The notes under the pieces: model-generated
Seen by the model: only the letters and a program-made list of their open reading frames with translations
Database searches by the model: none
What the model was told of the DNA's origin: nothing
Shown here: piece after piece, positions 1 through 9,622 of the stretch
How positions within the stretch are numbered: the stretch's first letter is position 1
Layout: each line of letters opens with the position of its first letter
Source of the DNA: an uncultured Bacteroides sp.
Lineage (GTDB): Bacteria > Bacteroidota > Bacteroidia > Bacteroidales > Muribaculaceae
Length of the DNA: 24,000 bases
Direction: 5' to 3'
Assembly (NCBI GenBank): GCA_964571405.1
Contig: CAZNBD010000026.1
Span: forward strand, 89-24,088
Translations under genes and position numbers: made by a program

Positions 1-674
1 AAAAAGAAGTGCAGGCTGTCGACAAAATCCTCAGCGACATCAAGCGCCCCTTCACCGCCATCATGGGTGGTTCGAAAGTTTCCACTAAGATCGGCATCAT
101 CGAGAACCTGATGGACAAGGTTGACAACCTCATTCTCTGCGGCGGCATGACTTATACATTTGCCAAAGCTATGGGAGGCAAAATCGGTAACTCAATCTGT
201 GAGGAAGACAAGCTCCAGCTCGCTCTTGACATTATGGCAAAGGCCAAGGCCAAGGGTGTTAACCTGGTTCTGGGTACAGACTGTGTGGCCGGTGACGCTT
301 TCAGCAACGATGCCAAGACCATGGTTTGCTCCGTAATGGATATTCCTGAAGGTTGGGAAGGCATGGATGCAGGTCCTGATACCCGCAAGCTCTTTGCCGA
401 TACAATTGAAGGCTCCAAGACCATCCTCTGGAACGGTCCCGCAGGTGTGTTTGAATTTGACAACTTCACCGCAGGCAGCCGTGCCATTGCTGACGCCATT
501 GTAAAAGCCACCAAGGACGGCGCTTTCTCGCTCGTCGGTGGCGGCGACTCTGTGGCTTGTGTAAACAAGTTCGGTCTCGCTGATGAAGTATCATATGTAT
601 CAACCGGTGGTGGCGCCCTCCTGGAAGCCATTGAAGGTAAAGTTCTCCCCGGCGTTGCTGCCGTTCAGGGATAA
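1..674 (+). CDS. pgk: Phosphoglycerate kinase, C-terminal ~223 aa (5' end lies outside the window)
   Basis: The frame is open from the window edge (frame of nt 3) to TAA at 672-674. The translation carries PGK C-domain signatures ([40 protein letters not shown]). The GTG at nt 9 in the ORF track is internal, not a real start. Confidence 0.93.
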   Translation, partial: KEVQAVDKILSDIKRPFTAIMGGSKVSTKIGIIENLMDKVDNLILCGGMTYTFAKAMGGKIGNSICEEDKLQLALDIMAKAKAKGVNLVLGTDCVAGDAFSNDAKTMVCSVMDIPEGWEGMDAGPDTRKLFADTIEGSKTILWNGPAGVFEFDNFTAGSRAIADAIVKATKDGAFSLVGGGDSVACVNKFGLADEVSYVSTGGGALLEAIEGKVLPGVAAVQG

Positions 675-714
675 TTGATTATCTGAAACTGCATAATTAA
701 GTAAATATCAAAAA

Positions 715-750
715 GGGGAACCGGTGCGCTGAGTACCTGTTCCCTTTTTT
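715..750 (+). terminator. Rho-independent terminator downstream of pgk
   Basis: Hairpin GGGAAC-c-GGT (716-725) / ACC-t-GTTCCC (735-744) with a 9-nt loop and one C/T mismatch, followed by TTTTTT (745-750). It lies 40 nt after the pgk stop. Confidence 0.6.
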
Positions 751-760
751 CTTTAATAAT

Positions 761-1975
761 ATGGAAAACACAGAGTTCTGGGAATTTATAAATTCACACA
801 TCAAGGATGATCCGGCAGCCCTGAGGCTGAAATTTGCGGGGAAGTCAGCACATTTTGATTTACCCCTTGCCATCTTACAGATTGAATGCCGGCGTAAATA
901 TGCCGGAAAATTATCCCGTACTCTGGAGAAATTTCCTCACTTCATTTTCCCCACAGCCCTGTCCGGTGAACAGTGCAGCTCAGATGCACTGGCCGCCTGG
1001 CATGCCTCTCTGATAAAAGAAGGAAGCGCAGGCGCTGACCTCACTGCCGGCCTGGGTATTGACGCAATGCACACAGCCGCACGTGCATCCTCCTTGACAG
1101 CCATTGAGCGCTCTCAGGAACTGGCTGATATTCTGAAATATAATTCTGAGGGACTGGGACTTAATAATCTCACGTGCATTTGTGATGACTGCAGGGAAAT
1201 GGTTAAGAAGTGGGCAGCGGAAGGCAAACACTTTGACTTCATCTTTATTGACCCGGCCCGCAGAGGTTCACAGGGAGAAAGACTCTTTGACCTCAAGGAC
1301 TGTGAGCCTTCTGTACCGGAAATGTTTGATGATATAAGAAAGATTTGTAATCTTCTTATAATCAAGACATCGCCAATGCTTGACATGAGTGCCGTCACTC
1401 AGGCCTTACCCGTGCGTCCTGTCAGTGTAACTGCACTTGGCACTCCCACAGAGTGCAAGGAACTTGTAATAGTCACTGATATCTCCAATGAGCCACAGGA
1501 AACTGAATTCAAGGCTGTTACAATCAGCGGTGATAATGTTAATGAATTCTCATTTACACGCATCAGTGAAGCAGAAGCGCCTTTCCCTGCTCCGGATTCT
1601 GACATCAAGGCCGGAGACTTTGTTTATGAGCCTTATCCCGCTGTAATGAAAGCGGGAGGTCTCAAAATTTTGGCTCAGAAGTTTTGGCTGCAGGGATTTG
1701 CGCCTAACACACGCCTCCTTTTCAGCACTGAAAGAAAGGACGGTTTTCCCGGTAAAGCGCTTGAAGTTCTTGACGTTTATCCATATGCCTCCTCTGTTAT
1801 CAAAAGATTTTCACGCACTTACCCTCAGGCGCAGGTTGCAGTCAGAAACTTTGATATATCCGCAGAAGACCTCAGGCGCCGCCTTGGTGTCAGAGAGGGG
1901 CAGAAAGCGGTCAGGGTGTTCGGTATAAAGGATTACAGGAACAGGCCGCTCCTGGTGGTCACAAAGCCAAACTGA
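761..1975 (+). CDS. Class I SAM-dependent methyltransferase with C-terminal THUMP-like region (uncharacterised, probably an RNA methyltransferase)
   Basis: 404-aa ORF with an ATG start. It has a motif I-like DLTAGLGIDA and a post-motif FIFIDPARR typical of Rossmann-fold methyltransferases. Length and layout resemble the Bacteroidota 'THUMP-like domain' methyltransferases. Substrate is unknown. Confidence 0.7.
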   Translation: MENTEFWEFINSHIKDDPAALRLKFAGKSAHFDLPLAILQIECRRKYAGKLSRTLEKFPHFIFPTALSGEQCSSDALAAWHASLIKEGSAGADLTAGLGIDAMHTAARASSLTAIERSQELADILKYNSEGLGLNNLTCICDDCREMVKKWAAEGKHFDFIFIDPARRGSQGERLFDLKDCEPSVPEMFDDIRKICNLLIIKTSPMLDMSAVTQALPVRPVSVTALGTPTECKELVIVTDISNEPQETEFKAVTISGDNVNEFSFTRISEAEAPFPAPDSDIKAGDFVYEPYPAVMKAGGLKILAQKFWLQGFAPNTRLLFSTERKDGFPGKALEVLDVYPYASSVIKRFSRTYPQAQVAVRNFDISAEDLRRRLGVREGQKAVRVFGIKDYRNRPLLVVTKPN

Positions 1976-2831
1976 GAAGAACGGAAAATATAAACATACT
2001 CATTGCTGTCATACCCAACAGAGGATTGAGAGCAGCCCCACGCTCCTTATATAACCTGTAAGCTATTGATGCAGCCGCTCCAACGTATAGAGCCGGAGCT
2101 ATAAGCCAGAAATCACTTCCGTGCATCCAGCCTGTCCTGGTAAGCGCCACTGCCGCCAGTGCATTCACCATGTACAGTATGGCCATAAAAAGAGGTGAAG
2201 TGACAGTTGCCAGAGTATGTTTTCCCACTGCCTCATCATCAGGAATATCACGGGTATTATTCACAATCAGGACATTGGCTCCCATCAGACCAATAGCTAT
2301 GGAAGCCATTAGCACGTCATGATTCCAGCTCATAGACTGTACATAATACGTCAGGTTCACCGGTACTATTCCAAAAAAGAATATAACGGCCACCTCACCG
2401 AGACAGTGAGTGGAGAACGGGAACGGGCCCGCACTGTATCCTAATGCTCCAAGTCCAATTGCGGCTCCGCAGGCAATCAGCCATAATCCTCCCCAGTACG
2501 TGAGCGAGAGTCCCAAAAGTGCTGCAAGGATGAGAACTCCGAAAACGGCACGCTTCATCTGCTCCGGATTTATATCTCCCTCTGTAACACCCCGTCTGAA
2601 TCCTGCACGACCGGGACGGTCCCTGCCTGATTTATAGTCAAAATACTCGTTGGCAAAATTTGATGCAATCTGACAGAGAACGGCAAAGAGAGCGCATATC
2701 ACAGCCTGAGGCCAGTGGAAAACTCCATCAGAAATGGCGTAACCACATGCGCATATCACCCCGGCCAGGGAAACAGGCAGGGTGCGCAGGCGCATGGCCT
2801 CTATCCATTGTTTGAGCTTAGATAATGCCAC
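1959..2831 (-). CDS. menA: 1,4-dihydroxy-2-naphthoate polyprenyltransferase (UbiA family, menaquinone biosynthesis)
   Basis: 290-aa polytopic membrane protein. The N-terminus [15 protein letters not shown] resembles E. coli MenA (AWLESLRPKTLPLA). It has UbiA-type Asp-rich motifs ([22 protein letters not shown]). The start is GTG at 2831, overlapping the pyrD stop by 14 nt. An alternative ATG at 2795 would remove the conserved helix. Confidence 0.85.
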   Translation of the reverse strand: MALSKLKQWIEAMRLRTLPVSLAGVICACGYAISDGVFHWPQAVICALFAVLCQIASNFANEYFDYKSGRDRPGRAGFRRGVTEGDINPEQMKRAVFGVLILAALLGLSLTYWGGLWLIACGAAIGLGALGYSAGPFPFSTHCLGEVAVIFFFGIVPVNLTYYVQSMSWNHDVLMASIAIGLMGANVLIVNNTRDIPDDEAVGKHTLATVTSPLFMAILYMVNALAAVALTRTGWMHGSDFWLIAPALYVGAAASIAYRLYKERGAALNPLLGMTAMSMFIFSVLLSLAL

Positions 2832-3723
2832 GGAGCTGATTTATATCACTGACACCGGTACGGTTACAATATTCCTCAATTTCCGAGACAACTCTCTGTG
2901 CAGCTGCAGGATCTATAAAATTGGCTGTGCCAACCTGCACGGCTGTTGCACCCGCCATAATAAATTCCAGGGCATCACGTCCGCAGGTAATACCTCCAAG
3001 ACCCACCACAGGAATTTTCACTGCCTTGGCCACCTGCCATACCATTCTGACAGCAACAGGGCGCACGGCCGGGCCGGAGAGTCCTCCGGTTACAGTGCTG
3101 AGAACCGGGCGCCGGCGTTCAACATCCACTGCCATGCCCAGCAGGGTGTTGATCAGTGAGACACTGTCTGCACCTGCATCCTCCACCGCACGGGCAATCT
3201 CGCTTATATCAGTTACATTGGGTGAAAGTTTAACCATCAGATGACCGGGCCAGGCGGCTCGCACGGCCCTGACAACCTCTCCCGCTCCACTGCAAGTGGT
3301 TCCGAAGGCCATACCTCCCTGCTTCACATTCGGGCAGGAGATATTGAGCTCAATGGCGCGGATACCCGTGCGCTCAGAAAGTCGGCCCACAGTTTCCACA
3401 TAGTCCTCTGCCTTGGCGCCGGATACATTGACCAGCACCTCACATTTTAAATCCCTCAGAGTGGGATAAATCTTTTCAATGAAATACTCAACTCCCTTGT
3501 TCTGAAGCCCTACGGCATTCAACATTCCGGATGGTGTTTCAGCCATACGGGGATAAGGGTTGCCCTGACGGGGCTCCAGGGTGGTCCCTTTGACAATAAT
3601 GCCGCCCAAGCTGTCAAGGTCTACAAAATCACTGTATTCATGGCCGTAACCATAAGTTCCGGACGCCGTCAGCACCGGATTTTTGAGTGTTATCTCACCC
3701 AAGGAAACATTCATCAAAGCCAT
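2818..3723 (-). CDS. pyrD: Dihydroorotate dehydrogenase class 1B, catalytic subunit
   Basis: 301 aa with [24 protein letters not shown] and [12 protein letters not shown] motifs typical of class 1 DHODH. It is paired with a pyrK-type subunit immediately upstream, overlapping it by 10 nt. Confidence 0.92.
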   Translation of the reverse strand: MALMNVSLGEITLKNPVLTASGTYGYGHEYSDFVDLDSLGGIIVKGTTLEPRQGNPYPRMAETPSGMLNAVGLQNKGVEYFIEKIYPTLRDLKCEVLVNVSGAKAEDYVETVGRLSERTGIRAIELNISCPNVKQGGMAFGTTCSGAGEVVRAVRAAWPGHLMVKLSPNVTDISEIARAVEDAGADSVSLINTLLGMAVDVERRRPVLSTVTGGLSGPAVRPVAVRMVWQVAKAVKIPVVGLGGITCGRDALEFIMAGATAVQVGTANFIDPAAAQRVVSEIEEYCNRTGVSDINQLRGII

Positions 3724-4475
3724 GTCAGTTCCTTTATATTAAACACCGGGCCGTCTGAACATACGCAGCGGTTACCGGTGGTGGTTGGTTCAACACAGCA
3801 CAGACACGCTCCGAGTCCGCACGCCATTTTATTCTCCAGAGATACTTCACATTCCACAGCAGCTGCCGCAGCGATTGCCGCAACATTCTTCATCATCGGC
3901 ATTGGGCCGCAACACTGAATCAAAGTACCTTCCGCCGGATGTGAAAGGAGTGGATGGGTGGCCACTGTTCCATGATGACCGGCGGTACCGTCATCTGTGC
4001 AGATTTTCACTTCTGCCACTTCCTTAAGCTTTTCCACAAGGCTGCTGTCAGGAGCGGTTCGGCTGCCATAAAGAAGTACCGGACGCTGTCCTCGTTCATT
4101 ATACTCCTTGGCCAGTTTATAAAAAGGAGCAACTCCCACTCCCCCGCCTACAAGCAGAGGTTTTTCACTGAATGAGAATCCTCTGCCGAGCGGTCCAATA
4201 ACCGTCAGCTTAGTTCCCACAGGCAGTGAACACAGCACATCTGTTCCTCTGCCGGCCGGACGCACCAGCAGGGTAAGTCTTTTTTCATCGCTGTCAAAAA
4301 TTGAGATGGGACGGTTGAGAAGTACATCCGCACCCGGAACGTTCACTTCAACAAACTGCCCCGGGGCCATCTCGGGAAGGGGACAGGCATTTGCTTCTGA
4401 CATTTCAATCAGAGTCAGACCGTCTGTCATTTCAGTGCGGGCAGAAATGCTTAACTGGAGTATATGTTTTTTCAT
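3714..4475 (-). CDS. pyrK: Dihydroorotate dehydrogenase class 1B, electron-transfer (FAD/2Fe-2S) subunit
   Basis: 253 aa. It has an FNR-like fold signature ([21 protein letters not shown]) and a C-terminal Cys cluster ([10 protein letters not shown]...CVC) for a 2Fe-2S centre. It sits directly upstream of pyrD. Confidence 0.88.
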   Translation of the reverse strand: MKKHILQLSISARTEMTDGLTLIEMSEANACPLPEMAPGQFVEVNVPGADVLLNRPISIFDSDEKRLTLLVRPAGRGTDVLCSLPVGTKLTVIGPLGRGFSFSEKPLLVGGGVGVAPFYKLAKEYNERGQRPVLLYGSRTAPDSSLVEKLKEVAEVKICTDDGTAGHHGTVATHPLLSHPAEGTLIQCCGPMPMMKNVAAIAAAAAVECEVSLENKMACGLGACLCCVEPTTTGNRCVCSDGPVFNIKELTWL

Positions 4476-4511
4476 AAAAATAAAGCCGACACCGCTGCGG
4501 CGGTATCGGCT
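4476..4511 (-). terminator. Intrinsic terminator after the tRNA gene, abutting the pyrK start codon
   Basis: The stem has arms at 4484-4495 and 4500-4511 (12 bp) with a 4-nt loop. The single C/A mismatch seen on the + strand becomes a G-U wobble in the minus-strand RNA, so the stem is fully paired in the orientation of the tRNA and pyrK. It is followed on the minus strand by UUAUUUUU and then immediately by the pyrK AUG (4475-4473). Confidence 0.55.
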
Positions 4512-4527
4512 GTCTGTAAGTTTTAAT

Positions 4528-4604
4528 TGGTGGCGGGAACGAGAATTGAACTCGTGACCTCCGGGTTATGAATCCGACGCTCTAACCAACTGAGCTATCC
4601 CGCC
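4528..4604 (-). tRNA. tRNA with CAU anticodon: elongator tRNA-Met (or tRNA-Ile2 if C34 is lysidinylated), with encoded CCA
   Basis: The reverse complement folds by hand into a cloverleaf: acceptor GGCGGGA/TCCCGCC, D arm GCTC-AGTTGGTTA-GAGC, anticodon loop TTCATAA, variable loop AGGTC, T arm ACGAG-TTCAATT-CTCGT, discriminator A and CCA. G1-C72 is paired, so it is not an initiator. There is one A31/C39 mismatch in the anticodon stem. Confidence 0.9.
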
Positions 4605-4615
4605 GTTTGCGAGTG

Positions 4616-4647
4616 CAAAGTTATACATTATTTTTTACCCTCGCAAA
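4616..4647 (-). promoter_or_regulatory. Bacteroidota-type promoter for the tRNA gene (-33 TTTG / -7 TAACTTTG)
   Basis: On the minus strand, TTTG (4647-4644) is followed by a 20-nt spacer and TAACTTTG (4623-4616). The box ends 11 nt before the mature tRNA 5' end at 4604. Confidence 0.45.
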
Positions 4648-4666
4648 TATTTTTTAAAGAATTTAT

Positions 4667-6697
4667 TCAGCGTGTCCTCTGTTTTTTGAGTACCAGGGCC
4701 GTACGCGCCGGAAGATAGAGCGGCAAGCGGGCAACTCCCGCGGGTTCGTAAAGCGGGTCTGGAATGGTGAAGTGCTTGATTTTAAGGTCTATGTTGCCGA
4801 AGCCACCGAATGCCGGATCATCTGAGCTGAACACTGGTATATATGTTCCGGCCGGGGCAAGGATTCCGTAACCGTCATAACTCCGTGTGGGACTGAAGTT
4901 GAATACAAACACCAGATCACCGCGCATGAATGCCAGAACCTGGTCCGAGTCCTTCTCCCAGAGCTTGCGTACCGGCAGTGCCTGGAAATTATGTACTTTA
5001 GAGACAACTTCAATCATTTCATTGTCGAACGCCTGGAGGAAGCGGTACTTCAGATCCTGACGGTCAACAAGTTCCCACTGTCGGCGCGCGTACTTGTAAC
5101 TCCATCCGTTACCCTCACGCGGAAAGTCAATCCATTCCGGATGGCCAAACTCATTGCCCATGAAGTTGAGATAACCGCCGTTGATGGTTGCAAGGGTCAC
5201 AAGGCGTATCATCTTGTGGAGTGCCATTCCGCGGGCAACATCCGCATCATCATCATCCACGCTCATGTGCCAGTACATCTTGGAGTCTATCAGACGGAAA
5301 ATCACAGTCTTGTCTCCCACAAGCGCCTGGTCATGACTCTCCACGTAAGAAATGGTCTTTTCATCCGCGCGCCGGTTTGTGAGCTCCCAGAATATTGAGG
5401 TGGGATGCCAGTCATCATCCTTCTTTTCCTTGAGCATCTTGATCCAGTAATCAGGAATACCCATGGCCATACGGTAATCAAAACCAATTCCACCGTCTCT
5501 GAAAGGAAGTGCCAGGCCGGGCATGCCACTCATCTCCTCAGCAATGGTTATAGCTCCGGGGTTGATGGTGTGGATGAGTTTGTTGGCCAGGGTGAGATAT
5601 GTTATGGCATCTGTATCCTGGCCGCCGTCATAGTAGTCACCGTAACCGCCAAAGGCTTTTCCCAGTCCGTGGTCATAATAAAGCATTGAAGTCACACCGT
5701 CAAAACGGAATCCGTCAAAATGGTATTCCTCAAGCCAGTACTTACAGTTGGACAGCAGGAAGTGGAGTACCTCGTTCTTTCCGTAATCAAAGCAGAGTGA
5801 ATCCCAGGCGGGATGATTGCGCCGTCCGGCATCCTGCGGAAAATAAAGATTATCTGAACCGTCTATGCGGCCTATTCCTTCATTCTCGTTCTTGACGGCA
5901 TGGCTGTGAACTATATCCATGATTACCGCAATTCCCATCTTATGGGCTGTGTTTATCAGCTTCTTAAGATCATCCGGAGTCCCGAAGCGGGATGAAGCGG
6001 CAAAGAAGTTGCTCACATGGTAACCGAAGGATCCGTAGTACGGATGTTCCTGAATTGCCATTATCTGAATGGCTGTGTAGCCGTCGCGGGCTATACGCGG
6101 AAGGATATTCTCAGTAAATTCATTATATGTACCCACGGCTTCCTTGTCCTGCGCCATTCCTATATGACATTCATAAATAAGGAGCGGAGATACATCAGGC
6201 CGGAACTCGGAATCTGTCCAGCGGAATGCACGTTTGGGCGCATAAACCTCTGCGGAGAAGATGTATGTCTCCGGATCCTGAACCACTCGGGTGGCGTAAG
6301 CAGGTATTCGCTCACCCTGGCCGCCGTCCCAGTGAACGGACATCTTATATTTCTGGCCGTCACTGATGGCGTCTGCCGGAAAGACTCCCTCCCAGACTCC
6401 GGAAAGACCGTTATCCGCACGTTTGAGTCGGAATTCAGGCAGTTCCTTCCATCCTGAAAAATCGCCTGTCAGGTAAATGGCTGTGGCGTTGGGAGCATAC
6501 TCACGGAACACCCAGCTCTTGTCCTTATTGCGGTGGAGCCCGAAAAATTTATGAGCATTGGCAAAATCCACTAATGAGCCGGATGTTGCCACCAATTCCT
6601 TTTCTTTTCTGACTGCGTCCTGATGACGTCCCGTAATGGCCTCTGCATAAGGCTCCAGCCACGGGTCGTTTTTCAAAATATTGAGAATCTTGGCCAT
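4667..6697 (-). CDS. glgB: 1,4-alpha-glucan (glycogen) branching enzyme, GH13
   Basis: 676 aa. It has an N-terminal CBM48-like region and GH13 conserved regions (VIMDIVHSH, GFRFDGVTSM, AEEMSG, YVESHDQ). The architecture resembles the eukaryote-like branching enzymes common in Bacteroidota. Confidence 0.9.
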   Translation of the reverse strand: MAKILNILKNDPWLEPYAEAITGRHQDAVRKEKELVATSGSLVDFANAHKFFGLHRNKDKSWVFREYAPNATAIYLTGDFSGWKELPEFRLKRADNGLSGVWEGVFPADAISDGQKYKMSVHWDGGQGERIPAYATRVVQDPETYIFSAEVYAPKRAFRWTDSEFRPDVSPLLIYECHIGMAQDKEAVGTYNEFTENILPRIARDGYTAIQIMAIQEHPYYGSFGYHVSNFFAASSRFGTPDDLKKLINTAHKMGIAVIMDIVHSHAVKNENEGIGRIDGSDNLYFPQDAGRRNHPAWDSLCFDYGKNEVLHFLLSNCKYWLEEYHFDGFRFDGVTSMLYYDHGLGKAFGGYGDYYDGGQDTDAITYLTLANKLIHTINPGAITIAEEMSGMPGLALPFRDGGIGFDYRMAMGIPDYWIKMLKEKKDDDWHPTSIFWELTNRRADEKTISYVESHDQALVGDKTVIFRLIDSKMYWHMSVDDDDADVARGMALHKMIRLVTLATINGGYLNFMGNEFGHPEWIDFPREGNGWSYKYARRQWELVDRQDLKYRFLQAFDNEMIEVVSKVHNFQALPVRKLWEKDSDQVLAFMRGDLVFVFNFSPTRSYDGYGILAPAGTYIPVFSSDDPAFGGFGNIDLKIKHFTIPDPLYEPAGVARLPLYLPARTALVLKKQRTR

Positions 6698-6744
6698 ATA
6701 AGATGAGTTTTATGTTTCTGATTAAAAGGTATAAAGTAAGTATT

Positions 6745-7422
6745 TTATTTACGCCCGAAGTCTGCGGGGATTTCACCCCACTCCTCCGTATTCCATTTAA
6801 GAACAGGATTGAGTATGCGGTTGTTCGCCATCCAGGCATCAGCACGTGCCAGCACATCAAGCACACGGGCTGTCCGGGGGGTACGTTCCAGGCTCGTCTT
6901 GGAGTGCCCGTGGCGTATCCAGCTCAAGGCTGTGCGGGAGTCTGAATATATGGGTGTGGTGCTGTCTCCGCGCGCTGCCAGCATGGCTGCTATATGAACT
7001 ATTGCCAGATATTCACCAATATTATTGGTTCCTATCAGGGTGCCGTCTGCTCCCCGGCGGAATATTTCCACTCCGTCAATCACCCTCACGGCGCGGTATT
7101 CCATAACACCCGGATTTCCTGCGCAGGCTCCGTCCACTGCTATCGCATCAAGACGTATGCCGGGTATGGAAGTATAATCACGGGATTCCTTTACACTGCT
7201 CCGGGGATGAGTGGATAATCGCTGTGCTATTGCCCGCGCAATTCCCAGCTGTGAATCCGGGTCGCCGCGGTAAGCTTCTACGGCCTCCTCCTTGGTCTCG
7301 TAGCTCTTGTATTTTGCCCCCGGATAGTTCTTTATCTGGAGCTGGCAATCAGTCCAGTTATCAAAAACTCCGGTGGACGCCCCCACCCAGACTGTATAAT
7401 ATTTTTTCTTCTTGCGGGCCAT
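6745..7422 (-). CDS. rnhA: Ribonuclease H1 with N-terminal hybrid-binding (viroplasmin-like) domain
   Basis: 225 aa. The N-terminal YYTVWVG...GVFDNWTDCQLQIKNYPGAKYKSYETKEEA matches the RNase H1 N-terminal dsRNA/hybrid-binding domain. The C-terminal half has an RNase H-like AVDGACAGNPG...GTNNIGEYLA...IYSDS pattern (DEDD-type acidic residues). Confidence 0.85.
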   Translation of the reverse strand: MARKKKKYYTVWVGASTGVFDNWTDCQLQIKNYPGAKYKSYETKEEAVEAYRGDPDSQLGIARAIAQRLSTHPRSSVKESRDYTSIPGIRLDAIAVDGACAGNPGVMEYRAVRVIDGVEIFRRGADGTLIGTNNIGEYLAIVHIAAMLAARGDSTTPIYSDSRTALSWIRHGHSKTSLERTPRTARVLDVLARADAWMANNRILNPVLKWNTEEWGEIPADFGRK

Positions 7423-7437
7423 ATTTTATATAAGTCC

Positions 7438-8622
7438 TCAGGTGAACTGTATGAACAGATTGAGATCCATTCCCCTTATTCCCAGCATGGCAGCTGCCCG
7501 GGGACTGACGCACTGTCCCAGGAAGGTAACTGCTGAGCGTCTCAGCCCTGCATTGAGCTTGAGAGCGTTGGTTACTCCTTCACAGACCAGGATGCCGTCA
7601 AGCATGGTGGCAAATGTATTGCTCAGTGCCATGGCCATGGTACGCGGTACTGCATTTCCCGCATTGATGTAACACAGGCGTGTGGGTTCTGTAGGCTCAT
7701 TATAACCGGCGGTTGCCAGGTCAAGATTAACCTGCTGCATGGCCGGGAAAAATGTTCCGGGTTCTGAGGTGAGGTCAAATGCTATCACACCGCGTTTCAT
7801 CAGGCGCATCCGCTCTGTATCTATGGTGCACTGTGTACTCTGTGTGTCAGTCGCCACCACAACATCTGCCGTGGAAAGGGCTGTATTATAGACCTTGGGG
7901 TGAACGGAGGAGCCGACTACTCCCGGGCCGAGGACATCAAGGGCATGACGCAGGCGGTAAGTATTGTTATCAAACATCCTCACCACGGCACCGAGTCCCA
8001 CTGCTGTACGTGCTGCCGCTACCGCCGCCACGCCGCTTCCAATTATCATCACCTCACAGGGTACCACACCTGCCACTCCTCCCAACAGGATACCTTTGCC
8101 GTGCACGGAGTCTGCAAGCAGGGAGGAGGCCACAGACATGGCTGCGCGTCCATCAATCTCATGGATTATATCTGCAAACGGCCGCCGCCCGGATTCATCG
8201 GCAATCTGGGCCAGGTCAAGTGTGATTATCTTGCGTTCCAGGAGCACCTTGAGTACCGGCACGTCTTTTGCCGCCAGATGTTCATAAGTCAGAAACAGAC
8301 AACCCCGCCGGAGCGCCTTTGCATCCTTCAGGGTGAGGTCTGAAAGATAGATAACTATGTCACAGGCCAGAGCCTGGGCGCGGTCACATATCTCCACCCC
8401 GCGGGCTGTGTAAGCCTCATCCTTATAATGAATACCCTCCGCGGCACCTTTCTGCATCAGCACCCTGAACCCGCGTTCCACAAGCAGGGACGCGCCCTCC
8501 GGTGTCAGCGGAAAACGGTGATCCAGGATATTGGAAGTTGCCGGAAGGCCTATCGTTCCGGACTTGGGTGCGGTGTCCGTAAACATGGGCTGCTCCATCG
8601 GGGTGGGTCGCGGATTGGTCAT
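7438..8622 (-). CDS. Alanine dehydrogenase/PNT-family NAD(P)-dependent dehydrogenase (divergent paralogue)
   Basis: 394 aa, alignable by eye along its full length to L-alanine dehydrogenase (HRFPLTPEG, FLTYEHLAA, HEIDGR, GILLGGVAGV, IIGSGVAAVAAA dinucleotide fold, NAGNAVPRT). Its ATG start overlaps the aroK stop (ATGA). Downstream in-frame Met codons (MEQP, MFTD) are alternative starts. Confidence 0.7.
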   Translation of the reverse strand: MTNPRPTPMEQPMFTDTAPKSGTIGLPATSNILDHRFPLTPEGASLLVERGFRVLMQKGAAEGIHYKDEAYTARGVEICDRAQALACDIVIYLSDLTLKDAKALRRGCLFLTYEHLAAKDVPVLKVLLERKIITLDLAQIADESGRRPFADIIHEIDGRAAMSVASSLLADSVHGKGILLGGVAGVVPCEVMIIGSGVAAVAAARTAVGLGAVVRMFDNNTYRLRHALDVLGPGVVGSSVHPKVYNTALSTADVVVATDTQSTQCTIDTERMRLMKRGVIAFDLTSEPGTFFPAMQQVNLDLATAGYNEPTEPTRLCYINAGNAVPRTMAMALSNTFATMLDGILVCEGVTNALKLNAGLRRSAVTFLGQCVSPRAAAMLGIRGMDLNLFIQFT

Positions 8623-9176
8623 GGATTGGTGGTCAAGGGTTTGAGTAATTCAATAAAGCGGGAAACAGTTTGCGTGATTTCCTGCTCGTTATCTAAGTAT
8701 GTGCCGTCAAATCTCTCATGTGCTCTGCCGTAAGCCTCCGCCCTTGCAGACATCAGCTCATCCACCCGGTCACCAAGTGCCTCGGCATCTGAGTGAACAT
8801 CGGACAGCAGGGGCCGCTGGGCAGCCGGAGCCTCCATCAGGCGGCGGATTATTCGGCCGCGGTCTGCTGTTATCCAGATTACGGTTCCGGTACTGAGCAT
8901 CAGCTCCATATTCTCATCTCTGCAGGGTGTACCGCCGCCGCAGGCAATTATGGCAGGAGTTTTACTCAAACTCCGCAGTGCTTCATGCTCGGCCCGGCGG
9001 AATAATTCCTGCTTACCGCTGCGGAAAGTTTCAGGGATAGATGCTCCCGTCCTCTTCTCTGCCTCTGCATCCAGGTCTATGAAGGGCAACCCTGAGAGCG
9101 CAGATACTGCGCGTCCCAGGGTACTCTTTCCACATCCCATGAATCCTATGAGATAGACAGGACGGTTAAGTGTCAC
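8619..9176 (-). CDS. aroK: Shikimate kinase
   Basis: 185 aa with Walker [10 protein letters not shown] and shikimate-binding DLD and GGG motifs. The only start that keeps the beta1-P-loop is GTG at 9176, which overlaps the mscL stop (GTGA). Confidence 0.9.
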   Translation of the reverse strand: MTLNRPVYLIGFMGCGKSTLGRAVSALSGLPFIDLDAEAEKRTGASIPETFRSGKQELFRRAEHEALRSLSKTPAIIACGGGTPCRDENMELMLSTGTVIWITADRGRIIRRLMEAPAAQRPLLSDVHSDAEALGDRVDELMSARAEAYGRAHERFDGTYLDNEQEITQTVSRFIELLKPLTTNP

Positions 9177-9622
9177 TTTTTGGTCAGATCTTGCTTGAGG
9201 AGGTCTCTGATTTCTGTAAGCAGTACTTCTTCCTTGGTGGGTTCGGGATCTGCGGCGGCTTCAGCCTCGGCGGCCACTTCAGCTGCCTTGTCGCGGCGCA
9301 GGTTGCTGATGAACTTGATGGCCACAAAGATACAGAAGGCAATGATCAGGAAGTCTACAATGGTCTGTACAAATGCACCCCAGGTGATAGCCACTTCCGG
9401 TGTGATTACCTCGGTGCCGTCCATGACTGCTTTCTGGATCACAAACTTATACTCTGAGAAGTTGGTACCGCCGGTAAGAACGCCAACCACCGGCATGATG
9501 ATATCATTTACCAGGGAGGTTACAATTTTACCGAAAGCTGCGCCGATGATTACACCGACTGCCATGTCAACTACATTGCCTTTCATGGCAAATTCCTTGA
9601 AATCAGAAAAGAACTTTTTCAT
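9173..9622 (-). CDS. mscL: Large-conductance mechanosensitive channel
   Basis: The sequence [40 protein letters not shown] is the canonical MscL TM1 signature. I prefer the ATG at 9622 ([11 protein letters not shown]...) over the ORF-track start at 9643. Confidence 0.92.
   Translation of the reverse strand: MKKFFSDFKEFAMKGNVVDMAVGVIIGAAFGKIVTSLVNDIIMPVVGVLTGGTNFSEYKFVIQKAVMDGTEVITPEVAITWGAFVQTIVDFLIIAFCIFVAIKFISNLRRDKAAEVAAEAEAAADPEPTKEEVLLTEIRDLLKQDLTKK

Noticed and set aside
152-631. 159-aa ORF antisense to pgk
   Set aside because: It is a shadow ORF inside a gene with unambiguous PGK homology. The product is rich in Ser, Pro and Ala and low in complexity, and there is no promoter or start context.
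4606-4647. 8-bp inverted repeat TTTGCGAG / CTCGCAAA bracketing the tRNA promoter. The motif ATATTTGCGAG also recurs at the secDF promoter (21066-21076).
   Set aside because: The arms are short with a 26-nt loop. Both arms largely coincide with promoter-like TTTG elements, so the similarity probably reflects promoter consensus rather than a separate structured element.
7779-8343. Three overlapping 107-148-aa ORFs antisense to the Ald-family gene
   Set aside because: They overlap each other in different frames, give Pro/Arg/His-rich products with no recognisable motifs, and lie inside a gene with end-to-end homology on the other strand.
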